A DNA stretch of 54,175 bases, counting the filler, from Squatina squatina (lineage: Eukaryota), in NCBI GenBank assembly GCA_031763465.1. It is 3 parts of 3 records of this genome, joined end to end, with 100 filler letters (N's around TTAATTAATTAA, not from the genome) between each part and the next. Parts side by side here need not be neighbours in the genome. Positions count along the whole stretch, not along the records: positions 1 to 12,337 come from JARFOE010000168.1; 2 more parts are not named here. One strand, 5' to 3'. Position numbers and translations under genes: made by a program. Position 1 is the first letter of the stretch, and each line of letters opens with the position of its first letter. Positions 1 through 10,624 of this stretch are shown piece after piece. The notes under the pieces were generated by a model, which worked only from the letters and a program-made list of their open reading frames with translations, searched no databases and was not told where the DNA came from.

Positions 1-752
1 CTCTGGCCCCTAGGGGACACCACTGCCAATTTCTCTCCAGTCTATAAAACAGCCATTTGCCACTGCTGTCTGCTTTGTGTCCCTTAGCCAATTTTGTATT
101 CACGCAGCAACTGTCCCTTTAATCCCATGGGCTTCAATTTTGCTAACAAGTCTTATCAAACACCTTTTGAAAGTCCATATACATAGCATCATCCGCACAA
201 CCCTCAAACTCTCTCCGTTACTTCATCAATCAAGTAGTCAAACACGATGTACCTTTGACAAATCTCTGTTGACCTTTTATAAGCCCATACTTTTCAAAGT
301 ACCAATTAATTTTGTCCCCAAAATTAATTCTTTCCAAAAGTTTCCCCACCACTGACGTTCGGCTGACTGGCCTGTATTTGCTGGGTTTATCCCCCTCCCC
401 TTTTTTGAACAGGAGTGTAATATTCGCAATTCTCCAGTCCTTTGCCATATCTAAGGAGGATTGGAAGATTTTGGCCAGAGCCTCTACAATTTTCAACCTT
501 GTTCCCCTCAGTAACCTAGGATGCATTCCATCCGGACCAGGTGACTTTCCTACTTTGAGCACTGCCAGTCTTTTTTTATCCTATCTAATTTCTCTACTAC
601 ATCTTTCTTTACTTTGACATTGGCAGCATCCTCCCTTTTTAGTGAAGCCAGATGCGAAGTATTCATTTAGTACCTCAACCATGCTCACTGCCTCCACAAG
701 AAGATCTCCTTTTTGGCCCTTAATCGTCCCATCCTTACTTTGACTACCCTTT
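1..752 (-). mobile_element. CR1-clade LINE ORF2 fragment (decayed)
   Basis: ORF 230..562(-) reads KSPGPDGMHPRLL...KDWRIANITLLFKKG...KYRPVSRTSVVGKLLE, the typical CR1 ORF2 pre-RT/RT region. It continues with frameshifts to a GVP*GP (GVPQG) remnant near position 10. Confidence 0.9.
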
Positions 753-754
753 TG

Positions 755-829
755 GGGTATGGAGAAAAAGCAGGTACAGGGTATTGAGTTGGATGATCAG
801 CCATGATCATATTGAATGGCGGTGCAGGC
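755..829 (+). mobile_element. CR1 3'-end fragment
   Basis: ggggtatggagaaaaagcagg...gatcagccatgatcatattgaatggcggtgcaggc matches the CR1 tail also seen at 27395-27501 (-), 33890-33990 and 47040-47170. Confidence 0.75.
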
Positions 830-929
830 NNNNNNNNNNNNNNNNNNNNNNNNNNNNNNNNNNNNNNNNNNNNNNNNNNNNNNNNNNNNNNNNNNNNNNN
901 NNNNNNNNNNNNNNNNNNNNNNNNNNNNN

Positions 930-1745
930 ATCACTTCAAACTTCTCTGCATTAAATTTCATTTGCCATGTGCCTGCCCTTTGCACCAGTTTGTCTATCTC
1001 CTCCTGAAATCTGTTACTATCCTCCTCACTGTTTACTACATTTCCGCTTTTCGGGTCATCTGCAAACTGTATAACCAAGTCCAGGTCATTAATATATATC
1101 AAAAAGATCTGTGATCCCAACACCAACCCCTGGGGAACAACACCTCCCTCCAGTCTGGAAATCAACCATTCATCTCTGCTTTCTGTCCTTTAGCCAATTT
1201 TGTATCAATGTAGACATTACCCTTTTAATACCATTGGCTTGAATTTTGCTAACAAATCTATTATGTGGTACTTTATCAAATACCTGTTGAAAGTCCATAT
1301 GCACAACATCAAACACACTCTCCTCATTCACCCTCTCCATTAATTCATCAAAGAATTGAATCAAGTTAGCCAAACACGATATGCATTTAACATTTTTTAA
1401 CCCATATTTTTCCAAGTACCAATTAATTTTGTCCCGGATTAATGTCTCTAAAAGTTCCCCCACCACCGACGTTAAACTGTCTGGCCTGTAGGTGCCGGGT
1501 TTATCCCTCATCTCTATTTTGAAAAGAGGAGTAACATTTGCAGTTCTCCAGTTCTCTGGCACCACTCCCATATCTAAGGAGGATAAGAAGATGGTGGCCA
1601 GAGCCTCCGCTATCACCACCCTTACTTCCATCAGCAACCTCGGATGCATCCCACCCAGACTGGGTGACTATCATACTTTGAGCGCTGCCAACCTTTTAAG
1701 TACCTCCCCTATATCTACTTTTATCCAATCCAATTTTCTATCTCC
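930..1745 (-). mobile_element. CR1-clade LINE ORF2 reverse transcriptase fragment
   Basis: ORF 1170..1649 contains HPRLL, YRPDSLTSVVG and DVVHMDFQQVFDKVPH. ORF 797..1165 contains VPQGLVLG, FADD and WQMKFNAEK. The RT motifs are split by frameshifts and deletions. Confidence 0.92.
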
Positions 1746-4700
1746 TTTACTGTGGCATGAGGGTATGAGATTTAAGGTTACCTGTTATATAATTAGGTAC
1801 ATAATGATGTGGGACCTTCGTTCATGGCGATTACATGCAGATTTACAGGGAGCATGCATTATCTACTTTAATTATCTCATCATGGTTAGAATGCAGACCT
1901 TTGCCTAATAGAGCCAGCAATTGGTCAAACAGTTGTGAGCCCCCTCACCGATATACTGAGGGTCACTGTGGAACTGAAATAAAAGTCTGAATTGTTGCAA
2001 AATCAGGTGATTCAGACATATTCAGAAGTGTGCCTCCTGTTTGTGCATTGCAGCTATGGCTCCCTTTCTCTATATTTGGGATTCCTCTCGCCCCCTCAAT
2101 TGGTCATTCAAGTTTTGTGCTGGTCCTCTTATATTGGAAGTGACTGTTAATAATAGTACAGTGTGTATTTTATGAATGATAATGTGAAAATCAATGTTTA
2201 TATTATGCCGTTCCAGGTTCTCAATCAAGCGGTTTGAATTTTAACCATGCAAACCTGAATTTGAATTTCAGCCATTCTGCACTTCCATGTTACTATCTCC
2301 TGTCTTTTTTGATTTGAGCCTTCGGCTCTTTGCTCATATCGCCTTAGTACAGCTTCCACTTACTACTTCCACTGGCAGTCAGGGTTGTCATTATTAATAA
2401 CAATATGCAATGCTTCTGGCAATTTCTCCAGGATTTAGCTTCTGACGAAATGCTTTGCACTAGATTTTTTGTTTACTCTGTGAGCTGGGCTTATGCTCAA
2501 GCCCGCTCACTAAACTGGGTGAGGGATGTCTATGATATTTTAGCAGGGATAATCACCTAAAGATTGTTTAGCTGTGGCTATTGAGGCTGTGTGCTGTGTT
2601 TGTTCATTATTGATCTTGTATTATTTGTGGCTATACATAATAAAACATCTTTTNNNNNNNNNNNNNNNNNNNNNNNNNNNNNNNNNNNNNNNNNNNNNNN
2701 NNNNNNNNNNNNNNNNNNNNNNNNNNNNNNNNNNNNNNNNNNNNNNNNNNNNNTGCCTGAATCAGGCCAGTGCCCATTCTACATAAAATACATCCAACAA
2801 CTCTCTGTGGAGGTATTTGTGTAATTAGAATGGGGTTTTCTATCAAAGTTTATGCCAGGCTCATTTTCAAATCAATTTACATTATCTGCTTCGCTGTCCA
2901 GCAGCAACATGGAATGGAATGAAATCCCCAAAGTAAAATCTCTTAATTTGATGAATGTTCACGGTAATTAATATGTCACTGGCTTTTTCCGCTACGCTCC
3001 AACCTCCAGTTTTATAAACACCCAAGTAATTGCCACATTCTACAATTTCTAACTCCAATTAAATATTCTTAACAATCACAGGACAACCGCTGATCCCAAT
3101 GCATCTCTCCCATTGGGAGAAAATCTAATTTCCTCTGACATTAAAACCTTTATTGGAAATATGTTGTAAATTGCATGCAGTAATGAACTTGTAAATTGCT
3201 GTATGCTTTTACATAATTTTTCATAGATGGTTAGTTGAAGTAATTGATAAGTAAACAAATCAATCTCACATGATGAATATCATGCACTGATATGAATATG
3301 TAATTATCTTACAAGCAGTATGAATACTACAGTACTAAAATTTAAATAGATAGCTAGATAGTATTTTTGTCAGTTTTACAACGTTAATGTTTTCTCTATT
3401 CAACACTGCAGTTTTTATTTTCTGATGCGATGCTTTTGACACAACACAAAAAATGGTTTCTTCATACGCTCTTCCAGATTGTGCTATTTCATGCAGTAAG
3501 AAATGTCCACTGACATTGACATTGACCTAGTCAAAGAATAATACCCTAGTAATCATCTTTAGGTGGAACTTAATCAAGAGCACCCTGAATGTAGCTGGAT
3601 TAATTATGAGATTTTATTAATTAGTAGCTATTTTTGCATACTGCTCATATGCTTACTTGCTTTCAAATATAATATTTTTGAAAAAAAAAGTTTGGTGAAG
3701 GAATTAGACAATGAAGCTTAATAAGATGACCATTTTGAGAATTTATTTATTGTTTATGGGGAATATTTTCTATCACAAGCCTCTCGGCGTCATCAAATCA
3801 GCAAAACATTACTACTGTATTGACACAAAAACATCTTTGCAANNNNNNNNNNNNNNNNNNNNNNNNNNNNNNNNNNNNNNNNNNNNNNNNNNNNNNNNNN
3901 NNNNNNNNNNNNNNNNNNNNNNNNNNNNNNNNNNNNNNNNNNGAGGGGCCGAATGGCCTACTCCTGCTCCTATTTTCTATATTCTTATGGGCAGGAAAGC
4001 CAGCAGCATAGGGTCACAGCGGGACCCTTGGGCACAGTTCCTGAGTTAAATATGATAATGAAGTGTCCCGCCTCTCCAAGCCGTGACATACGCACACCCC
4101 GCAACTCGCCGCTTTAAAAATGGCAACGAGCACATACGCGTCATGTTGGGAATTGCATTTCCCTGTTTTTGGGGTTTGACCCCCCCACCCCCCGACCTCC
4201 TCTTGCTCAGTGTGGTTGTTTAATATTGAGGCCTTAATCTCTGTGGGGCTGGAATGGGTGTCTGTCTTAGTGATGGGTATGGATCCATTTTCTATCATAG
4301 TTTTATCAGTCTAAATTGATACATATTCAATCTCTGGCAGCATGATCCAGATTGAGCTTGCATGTTAATGATTCGATTGCCAAGTAATCTGTACCCTTGA
4401 ACCTTTATTTGGAAGTGGTCAAAGCAACATGTTGCAAGTCAGTGATTTATAGTCAAAATAGTTCTTAAAATAAAGATACATCTGGTTGAATAGAGGACAT
4501 AATTACAAAACAGGTCTCTGGAGGGACAACGGAAATGGGAATACACTTTCTTTCTCCAGCTTTATAAATTGTATAAAATCGGGGTTAAAAATATGTTGCT
4601 ATTTTAAATCCATTGCAAGAAGCATTTATCTGAAAAAGAGATTCTACGATTGTATTTGAAAAGGAGCCTTGCTAATAATAAAAACATGTTAAGGAGGTCG

Positions 4701-5302
4701 ACCGGAACAGTTCACAATATGTTGTTTTTGTAACTGGTTTAACAGTCATATTGTTCAACACTAATGCCTCAAATAAAACTGGAATTCCTCAGCATTGAAG
4801 CTAAACCACAGGCTTCCTTTTTTAAACAAAATGACAGATTTTTAAAGAGCCTTCGAACAAGTTGTGACACAAGCAAGTCCAATAAAAGGTGAAGATCTCC
4901 CAGGAGCTAGGAATCTGCATATGCTTTTACCTGTACTCACATATTGCAGTAAAGGTCATTGCCTGCGGCAATATTCTATAACTAGGGTCTTGTCTTGTCA
5001 TACACTGTCATTTCCAGCTGTCAGAAAAAGCATAGGGGGAGGGAGGTTCCATAGTTCAAACTCAAGTTTATGTTCAGGTCACAACCGCAAATATAAGATA
5101 TGAGTAAATTAAATAAGGTTAAAAATGTTCATTTGACGTATAAACACAGAAAGAACATGCCAAACTGAAAACTCAGCCCTCTGCATTATCCTGTGGAGAA
5201 ATNNNNNNNNNNNNNNNNNNNNNNNNNNNNNNNNNNNNNNNNNNNNNNNNNNNNNNNNNNNNNNNNNNNNNNNNNNNNNNNNNNNNNNNNNNNNNNNNNN
5301 NN

Positions 5303-5488
5303 ATTCCAGAGGTGAGGTCAGAGTGACTGCCCTTGACATCAAGGCAGCATTTGATCGAGTGTGGCATCAAGGAGCCCTCATAAAACTGAAGTCAATGGGA
5401 AAACTCTCCACTGGCTGGAGTCATACCTAGCACAAAAGAAGATGGTTGTAGTTGTTGGAGGTCAATCATCACAGCCCCAGGACATTGC
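5303..5488 (+). mobile_element. Non-LTR retrotransposon RT fragment (CR1/L2-group)
   Basis: Translates across frames to RGEVRVTALDIKAAFDRVWHQG...GKTLHWLESYLAQKKMVVVVGGQSSQPQDI (RT motif LDxxxAFDxV). Confidence 0.85.
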
Positions 5489-5489
5489 T

Positions 5490-5885
5490 AACAATCTCAG
5501 CCTTGACTATACTCAACAATGGAGCATCCACAGCCCTCTGGGGCAGAGAATTCTAAAGAGTCACAACCCTCTGAGTGAACAAATTTCTCCTGGTCTCAGC
5601 CCTAAATGGCCGACCCCTTATCCTGAGTCTATGCCCCCAGATTCTCCAGCCAGAGGAAACAGCCTCTCAGCATCTACCCTATCAAATCCCCCGAAGAATC
5701 TTACATATTTCAATGAGATCACCTTTCATTCATCTAAACTCCAGACAGTATAGGTGCAATCTATTGAAGCTCTCCTCATAGGTCAACCCTCTCATCCCAG
5801 GAATCAGTCCAGTGAACCTTTGTCGCACCACCTCTAAGGCAATTATCTCCATCCTTAGGTACGGAGACCAAAACTGCACACAAGT
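5490..5885 (-). mobile_element. CR1 ORF2 3' region fragment
   Basis: The reverse complement carries CR1 C-terminal motifs (CAVLVSVP, gaggtgatctcattgaaat, cactcagagggttgtg) also seen in the copy at 46540-47170. Confidence 0.85.
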
Positions 5886-6002
5886 GTATAGAATGTGAAC
5901 AATTTATTCAATTTACTATATCTACTATTACCCAAGTTTTGTGTAATAAATATTCTAAAATGGATCCTTTGTATTTTTCAGGTATGAAACAAATCAATTA
6001 GA

Positions 6003-7109
6003 ATGGACTGTTCCTTAGAAAGCTCAAAACGCAAAGAAAAACTAGTGCGGACAATGCATAACCTTCAGGTCAAGTCAGGGAGCACTTTGCAAAAGACAAG
6101 CCCATTACTAAATTGTCACAGAGGAATGGGTATGGTAACAGTGCAGCATGTGAATCATCTGTCACAAAAAGCATCGCAGATCTGTGAAGATCTTGAGAAT
6201 ATTGAAAATCTTGTACGCTTTCGACAGAATGAGCTCATGTATAAAATTGCAAACCCATATGGTAAAAATTCAAATGTTTTGAGTGGTATCCATTGTTGTT
6301 TAGATGGCACCATTTACATTGTGAGTGTCAGCTCCCCGTGGATCCATGTGTTAAATCGGTCAGGTCAGGTATTCCAATCACTGCACTGTGTTCAGACCCA
6401 GGGAAGAAGTAAAGAGCCCTTTCTACCAGAAGATGTAACTCTGACGAGGACTGGGATGGTGGCAGTTACTGATATGGTGGGTGGAGTCATTCGGATCTTC
6501 AATCCCCATTCCAAGTTCTCAGAAGGTGAATGGATAAATATTGGGAAAATTGATTGCCCCAAAGGCATTGGAGTAAGCCCTTCTGGAAAGCTCCTGGTGG
6601 CTGATTATACGGCAGGCAAAATTCATATTTTTGCCATTGACCACACTTTCAAGCTGCTAAATGTTCAGACCATCACAGGCTTACGAGGGCCCAGATACAT
6701 ATGTTCAACATATGATGGTGGAATAGTCGTGAGTGAAGAATGTGATGATGTGAAGGTGTACGGAAGCAACTTAAAACTCATGTACTCGCTCAGCACAAAA
6801 TACTGCCATCAATTTGGTAATCCCGCTGGGATGTGCGTCGATACAGAAGGGAACATTATGGTAGTGGACGAGCAGAAAAAAAAAGTGATTCTCTTTCCAA
6901 AGAGTGGATCTCCTGTCTGCATTATATCTGCAGGCCTCAAGAAGCCTACAACTTTGGCTTGCTCTAGCTATGGTGCAGTGTTTGTTATGGACACCGGAGA
7001 CAACTGCATAAAAGTCTTCAAGTACAGAGTAAATCCATATTATGGCTCAGTGAAATTTGGGTCAACTAGCCACAGTCCTCACATAGCACCAAGAGAAAGA
7101 GATGGATAG
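6003..7109 (+). CDS. NHLRC4: NHL-repeat beta-propeller protein, NHLRC4-like (368 aa, single coding exon)
   Basis: Intact ORF with six NHL-like blades (LSGIHCCLDGTIYIVS; PEDVTLTRTGMVAVTD; PKGIGVSPSGKLLVADY; PRYICSTYDGGIVVSE; PAGMCVDTEGNIMVVDE; PTTLACSSYGAVFVMDTGDNCIKVF). Acceptor gtatttttcag ends at 5981, there is an in-frame TGA upstream of the ATG, and AATAAA lies at 7147. The symbol rests on its position directly upstream of PIGQ on the same strand, as recalled for human. Confidence 0.8.
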   Translation: MDCSLESSKRKEKLVRTMHNLQVKSGSTLQKTSPLLNCHRGMGMVTVQHVNHLSQKASQICEDLENIENLVRFRQNELMYKIANPYGKNSNVLSGIHCCLDGTIYIVSVSSPWIHVLNRSGQVFQSLHCVQTQGRSKEPFLPEDVTLTRTGMVAVTDMVGGVIRIFNPHSKFSEGEWINIGKIDCPKGIGVSPSGKLLVADYTAGKIHIFAIDHTFKLLNVQTITGLRGPRYICSTYDGGIVVSEECDDVKVYGSNLKLMYSLSTKYCHQFGNPAGMCVDTEGNIMVVDEQKKKVILFPKSGSPVCIISAGLKKPTTLACSSYGAVFVMDTGDNCIKVFKYRVNPYYGSVKFGSTSHSPHIAPRERDG

Positions 7110-7146
7110 ACACCAGCAAGTTTGGTAAACTTGCAGAAACATATGT

Positions 7147-7152
7147 AATAAA
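7147..7152 (+). promoter_or_regulatory. Candidate polyadenylation signal of the NHL-repeat gene
   Basis: AATAAA 38 nt after the stop codon. Confidence 0.4.
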
Positions 7153-7794
7153 ATAATTCAGAGCTGGTTCCTGGAGCTGTTAATTCCAGGACAATATTAA
7201 AAGCCAAGTGCACCATTTAAAAAAAAATTGAGACACAAATTAGAACAATGAAACCAAATCATTTGTAAAACAAATATCAGTGAAAGTCTAGCAATCAGCA
7301 GATCAATCAATTTTTGGTAAAGTGTTTTCTCCATATGAAGGGCTGCCTTTCTTGATTTACAAACTATGCTCCTGTAATACTTCAAATAACCTTTCTTGAA
7401 GTGCCCATAGGTGCTTTACATTCTCCAATTCTGAGGCCCCATTCAGGTAAATCACAAAAATAGTTCAAACTTTAGGTCATGTATGTTGATCTACAATCAT
7501 ACTTCAGGATGGTCTTTTTTGTACCATGAATATAAAAAATTAATAGAATTCCTCACTGTTGCCTAAGAAAATAATATTAAACACTATACATAGTGGCAAG
7601 TCAGCTTCATACCAATAATATTTCAAAGGCACTGGCATANNNNNNNNNNTATCGCCTTTCATATGTGCCAGTATTTAATATTAGATGATCAGGGTTAATC
7701 TTACTGTGTGCTCCATTAGTAAAGAAGTCTTAAGAAAAAGGGCCTTATATCAGAGATTCACAATATCTCAATAATGCTTACGAATAAAGTCTGT

Positions 7795-8110
7795 GAACAG
7801 CTCACCTGATGCCTTAGTTGGTTAAGGTAGCGAGTAGCTGAGACACAGCAGACCAAGAAGGGCCCAAGATCAATCCTAGTCTGCTGTATTAGTATCATCC
7901 AAAGCAGTAGCAACTGTGCTACAATTGCCATCAAAGCCATTGGTTTAAGGAGGGGAACATCGACCAGTGTTCCAGCGCCGATCATTATCCAGTGACCCTG
8001 CTGCAAGTGTGTGTGGACATCAGAGGTGAGGATAGATCAGGCTGGGCTGAGAGAACTTCCCGGTCAAATGGCCTGACTCATTCTCAATGCTCACACAATA
8101 ATTATAACCA
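7795..8110 (+). mobile_element. Decayed tRNA-derived SINE-like element (family not identified)
   Basis: tRNA-like head followed by gctacaattgcc...gatcattatccagtgaccctgctg...gtgaggatagatcaggc. Homologous reverse-strand copies lie at ~9056-9235 and ~27100-27365. Confidence 0.55.
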
Positions 8111-8717
8111 CTCTACAGGGAGTCAACACCTTCAGGAAAGAAGGAGAAGGGAGAAAACTTTCGACGAAAAGAGTTTAAATAAAAACTACGAATGCTGGAA
8201 CTGCACATTAGGTCAGTGAGCATTCGGAAGAAGAAATAATTTTAACATTTGAGTGGAGACCCTTAATGCACATGAAGAATGGCCAGTTGAATAAGGAGTA
8301 GAGGATGACCATACCCTGTGGAATCATAGCCCAGGAGGGAGTCTGAGGAAAGGAAGAGAACAAGAGCAAAAGATTTCAGAAAAAATGAAAAATAAAAATA
8401 TATCTTAAATATAATTGGATATAGTTAGCAGTGAATCAGTCACCTGATGAATATAAATTTTGTTTGTCAAGGCAGTTTACTGGATAACCAAATCACATTT
8501 ATTGAAAAACTGGTATAAATTATTTTTATTCTCCTACTGGAGGTGTCATGTCTTCTGATCATGGCGATAACTTACTACTGTAGTATTCCAAAAGGTCCAT
8601 TGTAATTATTTACTGATGCAAGTTCGTAAATCATTATAATACAATAATCTCAGAGTAAAGCAAAATGGGTTCTTATTACATGGCTGATTCTAGCAATTCT
8701 CTACTTTGTTTTACAAT

Positions 8718-8955
8718 GGCCCTAAAATTGCAGTTGGAGGCTTCCTGTGGGCGAAAGCCTCTGACCAATAAAAATTTCACTGGTGGTCCGGGAGTTTCGC
8801 GCACTTGTAGTTCTGGGCCTCTATCTGCAGGCCAGCCTAGAGGCCCACGTATCCCAGCAGCGTCTGCATTTCGCATGCATCGCTGTGGTCACGTGGGTGG
8901 GCCCAACCAATTGAGGTAGGGATATTCTCATTCATACCGATGGTGAGTTCCGTTT
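8718..8955. mobile_element. End of a Harbinger-type MITE, same family as 47521-48304
   Basis: ggccctaaaattgcagttggaggcttcctg aligns to the reverse complement of the right end of the 47521-48304 element (ggtcgtgaaattgtgactggaggcttcctg). It runs into an N gap. Confidence 0.6.
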
Positions 8956-9055
8956 NNNNNNNNNNNNNNNNNNNNNNNNNNNNNNNNNNNNNNNNNNNNN
9001 NNNNNNNNNNNNNNNNNNNNNNNNNNNNNNNNNNNNNNNNNNNNNNNNNNNNNNN

Positions 9056-9235
9056 ATCATTAGGCATCTCAGCCAAGCCTATTTCTGCCCATACATGTAC
9101 ACAAACCAGGGATCATTGAGTAACAGTCAGGAACATTGACCCTGGCTGATTTTTCTTCCCCTCCCTAACCCAGGGAATTGAGTAACACCATTACTGCCAC
9201 CTTGGCTGAGATAATTGAATCACTGAGTGTGACTG
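9056..9235 (-). mobile_element. SINE-like fragment, same family as 7795-8110
   Basis: gaccctggctgatttttcttcccctccctaacccaggg...ccttggctgagat is the reverse complement of the family core. Confidence 0.5.
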
Positions 9236-9451
9236 GCTGCACGCTGTGTTGACAAATTAAGCCCTTGGGGCTTGGGACCATTTTAATTGTAGTGATTGTT
9301 ACAGATGCTGTAGCATGAACTTTATTCAACAAAAAGTGATTGTTAAACAACCAACATTTTTATTATCAGTGTTTCAGGTACAACAACTTCAGTAACCCTA
9401 TCTCTTTTTTTTTTAAACAGACACAAAGTCAAGAATTTGTGAAGTAATAAC

Positions 9452-10137
9452 ATGGTTATCAAGGTTTTTTTTCCAAGTTGCTGTCCTGAAGCAGAAAGTG
9501 GCCTACTGATAGGTCGCTGGATTCCAGAGCAGAATGCTGCAGTTGTCCTGGCAGTTATTCACTATCCTTTCATCCCTGGCCAAGTGAAGCAGTACCTCCA
9601 GCAGATTAAGGATGTAACTACGGTAAATGTTTCTGTGCTTGGGTCCTGGAGCAGTCATAACTCCCCGGCAAAGGAAGACCTCAGCCAGTTTCTGGAAGAT
9701 CTGAGTTCCATCTTTCCACACAATCTCTGGTTCCAGTTAACGCAGGAGAAAGAAAACAAATCAGTTTTCAACTGTCAAGTGGTTCAACATGATAGTAAGA
9801 ACAAGGAAAATGTTATCTTAATTCACTACGATCAACGCAAGGTTATGCTGTCAAAGTTACATGGTCTGGACGCTAAGATCCCAGAGGACAACCGTAATGC
9901 TGGAGTGGAGTCCGAAGCTATTACCTCAGATTTTGCCACAATATTTGATACTGTCGCTAAATGCGAGCTATTGTTTATGATTGATAAATATGATGAAACT
10001 CCAATTAAGTTTACTCACTGGCAGTCAGAAGGACAAGAAGCAAGTGTTGTTGTGGAACTTGTCAAGCAAGCGTCAGTACCTGTGTGTGTGGTCCTTTTGT
10101 TCCTGCTGTCTTTTGTATCTAGTATCTGCAGAAGCAG
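9452..10137 (+). CDS. PIGQ: Phosphatidylinositol N-acetylglucosaminyltransferase subunit Q, first coding exon (exon 9421-10137)
   Basis: MVIKVFFPSCCPEAESGLLIGRWIPEQNAAVVLAVIHYPFIP closely resembles the recalled human PIGQ N-terminus (MVLKAFFPTCC...[27 protein letters not shown]); THWQSEGQEAS is also conserved. A strong acceptor (tctcttttttttttaaacag) ends at 9420 and the donor AG|GTAATT is at 10137/10138 (phase 2). The remaining exons are not in this scaffold block. Confidence 0.95.
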
Positions 10138-10454
10138 GTAATTGATCTTGGAGAAAATTGAAAAACTACTCTTACTTCAGCTTATAGGCAAGGTGATCAA
10201 AAATTCGGCTTTTTATAGCCCTGGGTAAAAATTGCCACTGCTTTTTAAAAATTTATTTTTAAGTGCAAGCTAAAGTCAGGAGAGTTTGTATTGTGGACTG
10301 TGAGGGAACTCTTGCACTTTGGATTTTCTTTTAGCAGCTTTCCAGCAAGGTGCTTATCTGTCAAGGTTTGATGGCAAGAAGGTCCTGGAGGTGAATGTGC
10401 TAGGACAGTCAACTACCCATACTCCGTTTTAACTCTTAACACACAGATAGGTGA

Positions 10455-10624
10455 TGAAGGCTAAAGTGGGGAAGTGTGAAATTAGCCATTTTGGTGGGAA
10501 AAATAGGATAGCACAATATTTTTTAAATGGTGAGAGACTGGGAAATGGCACTCAGAGTGACCTGGATGTCCTTGTACACGAATCAAAGAAAGTTAACATG
10601 CAGGTATAGCAAGCAATTAGGAAA
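10455..10624 (+). mobile_element. CR1 ORF2 fragment
   Basis: KCEISHFGGKNR...YFLNGERLGN...DLDVLVHESKKVNMQV*QAIRK. Confidence 0.8.
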
